Shown here: piece after piece, positions 39,580 through 51,116 of the stretch | Layout: each line of letters starts with the position of its first letter | Numbering within the stretch: the stretch's first letter is position 1 | Source of the DNA: Eledone cirrhosa | Lineage: Eukaryota | Assembly: GCA_964016885.1 (NCBI GenBank) | Contig: OZ024744.1 | Coordinates: 496,001 to 560,000 of the forward strand | Length of the DNA stretch: 64,000 bases | Direction: 5' to 3' | Notes under the pieces: model-generated | Database searches by the model: none | What the model saw: the letters and a program-made list of their open reading frames with translations, nothing else | What the model was told of the DNA's origin: nothing | Made by a program: the position numbers and the translations under genes

Positions 39580-41460
39580 ATAGCTTGGTGAAGAACGAAG
39601 TTTTGGGGAAGACAAGGTAGAGAAAGATAGCTTGGTGAAGAACGAAGTTTTGATGGAAGACAAGGTAGAGAAAGATAGCTTGGTGAAGAACGAAGTTTTG
39701 GGGGAAGACAAGGTAGAGAAAGATAGCTTGGTGAAGAACGAAGTTTTGAGGGAAGACAAGGTAGAGAAAGATAGCTTGGTGAAGAACGACGTTTTGGGGG
39801 AAGAAAGGTAGAGAAAGATAGCTTGGTGAAGAACAAAGTTTTGGGGGAAGACAAGGTAGAGAAAGATAGCTTGGTGAAGAACGAAGTATTGAGGGAAGAC
39901 TCGGTAGAGAATGATAGCTTGGTGAAGAACGAAGTTTTGAGGGAAGACAAGGTAGAGAAAGATAGCTTGGTGAAGAACGAGGTTTTGAGGGAAGACAAGG
40001 TAGAGAAAGATAGCTTGGTGAAGAACGAAGTTTTGGGGAAGACAAGGTAGAGAAAGATAGCTTGGTGAAGAACGAAGTTTTGAGGGAAGACAAGGTAGAG
40101 AAAGATAGCTTGGTGAAGAACGAAGTTTTGAGGGAAGTCAAGGTAGAGAAAGATAGCTTGGTGAAGAACGACGTTTTGAGGGAAGACAAGGTAGAGAAAG
40201 ATAGCTTGGTGAAGAACGACGTTTTGGGGGAAGACAAGGTAGAGAAAGATAGCTTGGTGAAGAACAACGTTTTGGGGGAAGACAATGTAGAGAAAGATAG
40301 CTTGCTGAAGAACGAAGTTTTGAGGGACGACAAAGTAGAGAAAGATAGCTTGGTGAAGAACGAAGTTTTGGGGAAGACAAGGTAGAGAAAGATAGCTTGA
40401 TGAAGAACGAAGTTTTGGGGGAAGACAAGGTAGAGAAAGATAGCTTGGTGAAGAACGAAGTTTTGAGGGAAGACAAGGTAGAGAAAGATAGCTTGGTGAA
40501 GAACAACGTTTTGGGGGAAGACAATGTAGAGAAAGATAGCTTGGTGAAGAACGAAGTTTTGGGGAAGACAAGGTAGAGAAAGATAGCTTGGTGAAGAACG
40601 AAGTTTTGATGGAAGACAAGGTAGAGAAAGATAGCTTGGTGAAGAACGAAGTTTTGGGGGAAGACAAGGTAGAGAAAGATAGCTTGGTGAAGAACGAAGT
40701 TTTGAGGGAAGACAAGGTAGAGAAAGATAGCTTGGTGAAGAACGACGTTTTGGGGGAAGAAAGGTAGAGAAAGATAGCTTGGTGAAGAACAAAGTTTTGG
40801 GGGAAGACAAGGTAGAGAAAGATAGCTTGGTGAAGAACGAAGTATTGAGGGAAGACTCGGTAGAGAATGATAGCTTGGTGAAGAACGAAGTTTTGAGGGA
40901 AGACAAGGTAGAGAAAGATAGCTTGGTGAAGAACGAGGTTTTGAGGGAAGACAAGGTAGAGAAAGATAGCTTGGTGAAGAACGAAGTTTTGGGGAAGACA
41001 AGGTAGAGAAAGATAGCTTGGTGAAGAACGAAGTTTTGAGGGAAGACAAGGTAGAGAAAGATAGCTTGGTGAAGAACGAAGTTTTGAGGGAAGTCAAGGT
41101 AGAGAAAGATAGCTTGGTGAAGAACGACGTTTTGAGGGAAGACAAGGTAGAGAAAGATAGCTTGGTGAAGAACGACGTTTTGGGGGAAGACAAGGTAGAG
41201 AAAGATAGCTTGGTGAAGAACAACGTTTTGGGGGAAGACAATGTAGAGAAAGATAGCTTGCTGAAGAACGAAGTTTTGAGGGACGACAAAGTAGAGAAAG
41301 ATAGCTTGGTGAAGAACGAAGTTTTGGGGAAGACAAGGTAGAGAAAGATAGCTTGATGAAGAACGAAGTTTTGGGGGAAGACAAGGTAGAGAAAGATAGC
41401 TTGGTGAAGAACGAAGTTTTGAGGGAAGACAAGGTAGAGAAAGATAGCTTGGTGAAGAAC
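39580..41460. repeat. Tandem duplication, period 956 bp (20 monomers -4)
   Basis: ORFs 39823/40779 and 40062/41018 are offset 956. The private variant TCGGTAGAGAATGATAGC occurs at 39901 and 40857. Confidence 0.85.
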
Positions 41461-44400
41461 GAAGTTTTGGGGGAAGTCAAGGTAGAGAAAGATAGCTTGG
41501 TGAAGAACGAAGTTTTGGGGGAAGACAAGGTAGAGAAATATAGCTTGGTGAAGAACGAAGTTTTGAGGGAAGACAAGATAGAGAAAGATAGCTTGGTGAA
41601 GAACGAAGTTTTGAGGGAAGTCAAGGTAGAGAAAGATAGCTTGGTGAAGAACGACGTTTTGAGGGAAGACAAGGTAGAGAAAGATAGCTTAGTGAAGAAC
41701 GACGTTTTGGGGGAAGACAAGGTAGAGAAAGATAGCTTGGTGAAGAACAACGTTTTGGGGGAAGACAAGGTAGAGAAAGATAGCTTGGTGAAGAACGAAG
41801 TATTGAGGGAAGACTAGGTAGAGAAAGATAGCTTGATGAAGAACGAAGTGTTGGGGGAAGACAAGGTAGAGAAAGATAGCTTGCTGAAGAACGAAGTTTT
41901 GAGGGACGACAAAGTAGAGAAAGATAGCTTGGTGAAGAACGACGTTTTGGGGGAAGAGAGGTAGAGAAAGATAGCTTGGTGAAGAACAAAGTTTTGGGGG
42001 AAGACAAGGTAGAGAAAGATAGCTTGGTGAAGAACGAAGTATTGAGGGAAGACTCGGTAGAGAAAGATAGCTTGGTGAAGAACGAAGTTTTGGGGAAGAC
42101 AAGGTAGAGAAAGATAGCTTGATGAAGAACGAAGTTTTGGGGGAAGACAAGGTAGAGAAAGATAGCTTGGTGAAGAACGAAGTTTTGATGGAAGACAAGG
42201 TAGAGAAAGATAGCTTGGTGAAGAACGAAGTTTTGGGGGAAGACAAGGTAGAGAAAGATAGCTTGGTGAAGAACGAAGTTTTGAGGGAAGACAAGGTAGA
42301 GAAAGATAGCTTGGTGAAGAACGAAGTTTTGGGGGAAGAAAGGTAGAGAAAGATAGCTTGGTGAAGAACAAAGTTTTGGGGGAAGACAAGGTAGAGAAAG
42401 ATAGCTTGGTGAAGAACGAAGTATTGAGGGAAGACTCGGTAGAGAAAGATAGCTTGGTGAAGAACGAAGTTTTGAGGGAAGACAAGGTAGAGAAAGATAG
42501 CTTGGTGAAGAACGAGGTTTTGAGGGAAGACAAGGTAGAGAAAGATAGCTTGGTGAAGAACGAAGTTTTGGGGAAGACAAGGTAGAGAAAGATAGCTTGG
42601 TGAAGAACGAAGTTTTGGGGGAAGACAAGGTAGAGAAAGATAGCTTGGTGAAGAACGAAGTTTTGAGGGAAGACAAGGTAGAGAAAGATAGCTTGGTGAA
42701 GAACGAAGTTTTGAGGGAAGTCAAGGTAGAGAAAGATAGCTTGGTGAAGAACGACGTTTTGAGGGAAGACAAGGTAGAGAAAGATAGCTTGGTGAAGAAC
42801 GACGTTTTGGGGGAAGACAAGGTAGAGAAAGATAGCTTGGTGAAGAACAACGTTTTGGGGGAAGACGATGTAGAGAAAGATAGCTTGCTGAAGAACGAAG
42901 TTTTGAGGGACGACAAAGTAGAGAAAGATAGCTTGGTGAAGAACGAAGTTTTGGGGAAGACAAGGTAGAGAAAGATAGCTTGATGAAGAACGAAGTTTTG
43001 GGGGAAGACAAGGTAGAGAAAGATAGCTTGGTGAAGAACGAAGTTTTGAGGGAAGACAAGGTAGAGAAAGATAGCTTGGTGAAGAACGAAGTTTTGGGGG
43101 AAGTCAAGGTAGAGAAAGATAGCTTGGTGAAGAACGAAGTTTTGGGGGAAGACAAGGTAGAGAAATATAGCTTGGTGAAGAACGAAGTTTTGAGGGAAGA
43201 CAAGATAGAGAAAGATAGCTTGGTGAAGAACGAAGTTTTGAGGGTAGTCAAGGTAGAGAAAGATAGCTTGGTGAAGAACGACGTTTTGAGGGAAGACAAG
43301 GTAGAGAAAGATAGCTTAGTGAAGAACGACGTTTTGGGGGAAGACAAGGTAGAGAAAGATAGCTTGGTGAAGAACAACGTTTTGGGGGAAGACAAGGTAG
43401 AGAAAGATAGCTTGGTGAAGAACGAAGTATTGAGGGAAGACTAGGTAGAGAAAGATAGCTTGATGAAGAACGAAGTGTTGGGGGAAGACAAGGTAGAGAA
43501 AGATAGCTTGCTGAAGAACGAAGTTTTGAGGGACGACAAAGTAGAGAAAGATAGCTTGGTGAAGAACGAGGTTTTGGGGAAGACAAGGTAGAGAAAGATA
43601 GCTTGATGAAGAACGAAGTTTTGGGGGAAGACAAGGTAGAGAAAGATAGCTTGGTGAAGAACGAAGTTTTGAGGGAAGACAAGGTAGAGAAAGATAGCTT
43701 GGTGAAGAACGAAGTTTTGGGGGAAGACAAGGTAGAGAAAGATAGCTTGGTGAAGAACGAAGTTTTGAGGGAAGACAAGGTAGAGAAAGATAGCTTGATG
43801 AAGAACGAAGTTTTGGGGGAAGACAAGGTAGAGAAAGATAGCTTGGTGAAGAACGAAGTTTTGATGGAAGACAAGGTAGAGAAAGATAGCTTGGTGAAGA
43901 ACGACGTTTTGGGGGAAGAAAGGTAGAGAAAGATAGCTTGGTGAAGAACAAAGTTTTGGGGGAAGACAAGGTAGAGAAAGATAGCTTGGTGAAGAACGAA
44001 GTATTGAGGGAAGACTCGGTAGAGAAAGATAGCTTGGTGAAGAACGAAGTTTTGAGGGAAGACAAGGTAGAGAAAGATAGCTTGGTGAAGAACGAGGTTT
44101 TGAGGGAAGACAAGGTAGAGAAAGATAGCTTGGTGAAGAACGAAGTTTTGGGGAAGACAAGGTAGAGAAAGATAGCTTGGTGAAGAACGAAGTTTTGGGG
44201 GAAGACAAGGTAGAGAAATATAGCTTGGTGAAGAACGAAGTTTTGAGGGAAGACAAGGTAGAGAAAGATAGCTTGGTGAAGAACGAAGTTTTGAGGGAAG
44301 TCAAGGTAGAGAAAGATAGCTTGGTGAAGAACGACGTTTTGAGGGAAGACAAGGTAGAGAAAGATAGCTTGGTGAAGAACGACGTTTTGGGGGAAGACAA

Positions 44401-47400
44401 GGTAGAGAAAGATAGCTTGGTGAAGAACAACGTTTTGGGGGAAGACAAGGTAGAGAAAGATAGCTTGGTGAAGAACGAAGTATTGAGGGAAGACTAGGTA
44501 GAGAATGATAGTTGGTGAAGAACGAAGTTTTGAGGGAAGACAAGGTAGAGAAAGATAGCTTGGTGAAGAACGACGTTTTGAGGGAAGACAAGGTAGAGAA
44601 AGATAGCTTGGTGAAGAACGACGTTTTGGGGGAAGAAAGGTAGAGAAAGATAGCTTGGTGAAGAACAAAGTTTTGGGGGAAGACAAGGTAGAGAAAGATA
44701 GCTTGGTGAAGAACGAAGTATTGAGGGAAGACTCGGTAGAGAAAGATAGCTTGGTGAAGAACGAAGTTTTGAGGGAAGACAAGGTAGAGAAAGATAGCTT
44801 GTGAAGAACGAGGTTTTGAGGGAAGACAAGGTAGAGAAAGATAGCTTGGTGAAGAACGACGTTTTGGGGGAAGAGAGGTAGAGAAAGATAGCTTGGTGAA
44901 GAACAAAGTTTTGGGGGAAGACAAGGTAGAGAAAGATAGCTTGGTGAAGAACGAAGTATTGAGGGAAGACTCGGTAGAGAAAGATAGCTTGGTGAAGAAC
45001 GAAGTTTTGAGGGAAGACAAGGTAGAGAAAGATAGCTTGGTGAAGAACGAAGTTTTGATGGAAGACAAGGTAGAGAAAGATAGCTTGGTGAAGAACGAAG
45101 TTTTGGGGGAAGACAAGGTAGAGAAAGATAGCTTGGTGAAGAACGAAGTTTTGAGGGAAGACAAGGTAGAGAAAGATAGCTTGGTGAAGAACGACGTTTT
45201 GGGGGAAGAAAGGTAGAGAAAGATAGCTTGGTGAAGAACGAAGTTTTGGGGGAAGACAAGGTAAAGAAAGATAGCTTGGTGAATAACGAAGTTTTGAGGG
45301 AAGACAAGGTAGAGAAAGATAGCTTGGTGAAGAACGAAGTTTTGAGGGAAGACAAGGTAGAGAAAGATAGCTTGGTGAAGAACGAAGTTTTGGGGGAAGA
45401 CAAGGTAGAGAAAGATAGCTTGATGAAGAACGAAGTTTTGGGGGAAGACAAGGTAGAGAAAGATAGCTTGGTGAAGAACGAAGTTTTGGGGGAAGACAAG
45501 GTAGAGAAAGATAGCTTGGTGAAGAACGAAGTTTTGGGGGAAGACAAGGTAGAGAAATATAGCTTGGTGAAGAACGAAGTTTTGAGGGAAGACAAGATAG
45601 AGAAAGATAGCTTGGTGAAGAACGAAGTTTTGAGGGAAGTCAAGGTAGAGAAAGATAGCTTGGTGAAGAACGACGTTTTGAGGGAAGACAAGGTAGAGAA
45701 AGATAGCTTGGTGAAGAACGACGTTTTGGGGGAAGACAAGGTAGAGAAAGATAGCTTGGTGAAGAACAACGTTTTGGGGGAAGACAAGGTAGAGAAAGAT
45801 AGCTTGGTGAAGAACGAAGTATTGAGGGAAGACTAGGTAGAGAAAGATAGCTTGATGAAGAACGAAGTGTTGGGGGAAGACAAGGTAGAGAAAGATAGCT
45901 TGCTGAAGAACGAAGTTTTGAAGGACGACAAAGTAGAGAAAGATAGCTTGGTGAAGAAGGAAGTTTTGGGGAAGACAAGGTAGAGAAAGATAGCTTGATG
46001 AAGAACGAAGTTTTGGGGGAAGACAAGGTTGAGAAAGATAGCTTGGTGAAGAACGAAGTTTTGATGGAAGACAAGGTAGAGAAAGATAGCTTGGTGAAGA
46101 ACGAAGTTTTGGGGGAAGACAAGGTAGAGAAAGATAGCTTGGTGAAGAACGAAGTTTTGAGGGAAGACAAGGTAGAGAAAGATAGCTTGGTGAAGAACGA
46201 CGTTTTGGGGGAAGAAAGGTAGAGAAAGATAGCTTGGTGAAGAACAAAGTTTTGGGGGAAGACAAGGTAGAGAAAGATAGCTTGGTGAAGAACGAAGTAT
46301 TGAGGGAAGACTCGGTAGAGAAAGATAGCTTGGTGAAGAACGAAGTTTTGGGGAAGACAAGGTAGAGAAAGATAGCTTGGTGAAGAACGAAGTTTTGGGG
46401 GAAGACAAGGTAGAGAAAGATAGCTTGGTGAAGAACGAAGTTTTGAGGGAAGACAAGGTAGAGAAAGATAGCTTGGTGAAGAACGAAGTTTTGAGGGAAG
46501 TCAAGGTAGAGAAAGATAGCTTGGTGAAGAACGACGTTTTGAGGGAAGACAAGGTAGAGAAAGATAGCTTGGTGAAGAACGACGTTTTGGGGGAAGACAA
46601 GGTAGAGAAAGATAGCTTGGTGAAGAACAACGTTTTGGGGGAAGACAATGTAGAGAAAGATAGCTTGCTGAAGAACGAAGTTTTGAGGGACGACAAAGTA
46701 GAGAAAGATAGCTTGGTGAAGAACGAAGTTTTGGGGAAGACAAGGTAGAGAAAGATAGCTTGATGAAGAACGAAGTTTTGGGGGAAGACAAGGTAGAGAA
46801 AGATAGCTTGGTGAAGAACGAAGTTTTGAGGGAAGACAAGGTAGAGAAAGATAGCTTGGTGAAGAACGAAGTTTTGGGGGAAGTCAAGGTAGAGAAAGAT
46901 AGCTTGGTGAAGAACGAAGTTTTGGGGGAAGACAAGGTAGAGAAATATAGCTTGGTGAAGAACGAAGTTTTGAGGGAAGACAAGATAGAGAAAGATAGCT
47001 TGGTGAAGAACGAAGTTTTGAGGGAAGTCAAGGTAGAGAAAGATAGCTTGGTGAAGAACGACGTTTTGAGGGAAGACAAGGTAGAGAAAGATAGCTTGGT
47101 GAAGAACAACGTTTTGGGGGAAGACAAGGTAGAGAAAGATAGCTTGGTGAAGAACAACGTTTTGGGGGAAGACAAGGTAGAGAAAGATAGCTTGGTGAAG
47201 AACGAAGTATTGAGGGAAGACTAGGTAGAGAAAGATAGCTTGATGAAGAACGAAGTGTTGGGGGAAGACAAGGTAGAGAAAGATAGCTTGCTGAAGAACG
47301 AAGTTTTGAAGGACGACAAAGTAGAGAAAGATAGCTTGGTGAAGAACGAAGTTTTGGGGAAGACAAGGTAGAGAAAGATAGCTTGATGAAGAACGAAGTT

Positions 47401-50400
47401 TTGGGGGAAGACAAGGTTGAGAAAGATAGCTTGGTGAAGAACGAAGTTTTGATGGAAGACAAGGTAGAGAAAGATAGCTTGGTGAAGAACGAAGTTTTGG
47501 GGGAAGACAAGGTAGAGAAAGATAGCTTGGTGAAGAACGAAGTTTTGAGGGAAGACAAGGTAGAGAAAGATAGCTTGGTGAAGAACGACGTTTTGGGGGA
47601 AGAAAGGTAGAGAAAGATAGCTTGGTGAAGAACAAAGTTTTGGGGGAAGACAAGGTAGAGAAAGATAGCTTGGTGAAGAACGAAGTATTGAGGGAAGACT
47701 CGGTAGAGAAAGATAGCTTGGTGAAGAACGAAGTTTTGAGGGAAGACAAGGTAGAGAAAGATAGCTTGGTGAAGAACGAAGTTTTGGGGAAGACAAGGTA
47801 GAGAAAGATAGCTTGGTGAAGAACGAAGTTTTGGGGGAAGACAAGGTAGAGAAAGATAGCTTGGTGAAGAACGAAGTTTTGAGGGAAGACAAGGTAGAGA
47901 AAGATAGCTTGGTGAAGAACGAAGTTTTGAGGGAAGTCAAGGTAGAGAAAGATAGCTTGGTGAAGAACGACGTTTTGAGGGAAGACAAGGTAGAGAAAGA
48001 TAGCTTGGTGAAGAACGACGTTTTGGGGGAAGACAAGGTAGAGAAAGAATAGCTTGGTGAAGAACAACGTTTTGGGGGAAGACAATGTAGAGAAAGATAG
48101 CTTGCTGAAGAACGAAGTTTTGAGGGACGACAAAGTAGAGAAAGATAGCTTGGTGAAGAACGAAGTTTTGGGGAAGACAAGGTAGAGAAAGATAGCTTGA
48201 TGAAGAACGAAGTTTTGGGGGAAGACAAGGTAGAGAAAGATAGCTTGGTGAAGAACGAAGTTTTGAGGGAAGACAAGGTAGAGAAAGATAGCTTGGTGAA
48301 GAACGAAGTTTTGGGGGAAGTCAAGGTAGAGAAAGATAGCTTGGTGAAGAACGAAGTTTTGGGGTAAGACAAGGTAGAGAAATATAGCTTGGTGAAGAAC
48401 GAAGTTTTGAGGGAAGACAAGATAGAGAAAGATAGCTTGGTGAAGAACGAAGTTTTGAGGGAAGTCAAGGTAGAGAAAGATAGCTTGGTGAAGAACGACG
48501 TTTTGAGGGAAGACAAGGTAGAGAAAGATAGCTTAGTGAAGAACGACGTTTTGGGGGAAGACAAGGTAGAGAAAGATAGCTTGGTGAAGAACAACGTTTT
48601 GGGGGAAGACAAGGTAGAGAAAGATAGCTTGGTGAAGAACGAAGTATTGAGGGAAGACTAGGTAGAGAAAGATAGCTTGATGAAGAACGAAGTGTTGGGG
48701 GAAGACAAGGTAGAGAAAGATAGATTGCTGAAGAACGAAGTTTTGAGGGACGACAAAGTAGAGAAAGATAGCTTGGTGAAGAACGAGGTTTTGGGGAAGA
48801 CAAGGTAGAGAAAGATAGCTTGATGAAGAACGAAGTTTTGGGGGAAGACAAGGTAGAGAAAGATAGCTTGGTGAAGAACGAAGTTTTGAGGGAAGACAAG
48901 GTAGAGAAAGATAGCTTGGTGAAGAACGAATTTTGGGGGAAGACAAGGTAGAGAAAGATAGCTTGGTGAAGAACGAAGTTTTGAGGGAAGACAAGGTAGA
49001 GAAAGATAGCTTGATGAAGAACGAAGTTTTGGGGGAAGACAAGGTAGAGAAAGATAGCTTGGTGAAGAACGAAGTTTTGATGGAAGACAAGGTAGAGAAA
49101 GATAGCTTGGTGAAGAACGAAGTTTTGGGGGAAGACAAGGTAGAGAAAGATAGCTTGGTGAAGAACGAAGTTTTGAGGGAAGACAAGGTAGAGAAAGATA
49201 GCTTGGTGAAGAACGACGTTTTGGGGGAAGAAAGGTAGAGAAAGATAGCTTGGTGAAGAACAAAGTTTTGGGGGAAGACAAGGTAGAGAAAGATAGCTTG
49301 GTGAAGAACGAAGTATTGAGGGAAGACTCGGTAGAGAAAGATAGCTTGGTGAAGAACGAAGTTTTGAGGGAAGACAAGGTAGAGAAAGATAGCTTGGTGA
49401 AGAACGAGGTTTTGAGGGAAGACAAGGTAGAGAAAGATAGCTTGGTGAAGAACGAAGTTTTGGGGAAGACAAGGTAGAGAAAGATAGCTTGGTGAAGAAC
49501 GAAGTTTTGGGGGAAGACAAGGTAGAGAAATATAGCTTGGTGAAGAACGAAGTTTTGAGGGAAGACAAGGTAGAGAAAGATAGCTTGGTGAAGAACGAAG
49601 TTTTGAGGGAAGTCAAGGTAGAGAAAGATAGCTTGGTGAAGAACGACGTTTTGAGGGAAGACAAGGTAGAGAAAGATAGCTTGGTGAAGAACGACGTTTT
49701 GGGGGAAGACAAGGTAGAGAAAGATAGCTTGGTGAAGAACAACGTTTTGGGGGAAGACAAGGTAGAGAAAGATAGCTTGGTGAAGAACGAAGTATTGAGG
49801 GAAGACTAGGTAGAGAATGATAGTTGGTGAAGAACGAAGTTTTGAGGGAAGACAAGGTAGAGAAAGATAGCTTGGTGAAGAACGACGTTTTGAGGGAAGA
49901 CAAGGTAGAGAAAGATAGCTTGGTGAAGAACGACGTTTTGGGGGAAGAAAGGTAGAGAAAGATAGCTTGGTGAAGAACAAAGTTTTGGGGGAAGACAAGG
50001 TAGAGAAAGATAGCTTGGTGAAGAACGAAGTATTGAGGGAAGACTCGGTAGAGAAAGATAGCTTGGTGAAGAACGAAGTTTTGAGGGAAGACAAGGTAGA
50101 GAAAGATAGCTTGTGAAGAACGAGGTTTTGAGGGAAGACAAGGTAGAGAAAGATAGCTTGGTGAAGAACGACGTTTTGGGGGAAGAGAGGTAGAGAAAGA
50201 TAGCTTGGTGAAGAACAAAGTTTTGGGGGAAGACAAGGTAGAGAAAGATAGCTTGGTGAAGAACGAAGTATTGAGGGAAGACTCGGTAGAGAAAGATAGC
50301 TTGGTGAAGAACGAAGTTTTGGGGAAGACAAGGTAGAGAAAGATAGCTTGGTGAAGAACGAAGTTTTGATGGAAGACAAGGTAGAGAAAGATAGCTTGGT

Positions 50401-51116
50401 GAAGAACGAAGTTTTGGGGGAAGACAAGGTAGAGAAAGATAGCTTGGTGAAGAACGAAGTTTTGAGGGAAGACAAGGTAGAGAAAGATAGCTTGGTGAAG
50501 AACGACGTTTTGGGGGAAGAAAGGTAGAGAAAGATAGCTTGGTGAAGAACAAAGTTTTGGGGGAAGACAAGGTAGAGAAAGATAGCTTGGTGAAGAACGA
50601 AGTATTGAGGGAAGACTCGGTAGAGAAAGATAGCTTGGTGAAGAACGAAGTTTTGAGGGAAGACAAGGTAGAGAAAGATAGCTTGGTGAAGAACGAGGTT
50701 TTGAGGGAAGACAAGGTAGAGAAAGATAGCTTGGTGAAGAACGAAGTTTTGGGGAAGACAAGGTAGAGAAAGATAGCTTGGTGAAGAACGAAGTTTTGAG
50801 GGAAGACAAGGTAGAGAAAGATAGCTTGGTGAAGAACGAAGTTTTGAGGGAAGTCAAGGTAGAGAAAGATAGCTTGGTGAAGAACGACGTTTTGAGGGAA
50901 GACAAGGTAGAGAAAGATAGCTTGGTGAAGAACGACGTTTTGGGGGAAGACAAGGTAGAGAAAGATAGCTTGGTGAAGAACAACGTTTTGGGGGAAGACA
51001 ATGTAGAGAAAGATAGCTTGCTGAAGAACGAAGTTTTGAGGGACGACAAAGTAGAGAAAGATAGCTTGGTGAAGAACGAAGTTTTGGGGAAGACAAGGTA
51101 GAGAAAGATAGCTTGA

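Noticed and set aside
35050-48935. Singleton changes at homopolymers (GTTTGGGGGG ~35054, GTTTGAAGG ~36635, GAATTTTGG ~48928)
   Set aside because: Each occurs once, in or next to a homopolymer, and cannot be distinguished from consensus error without reads.
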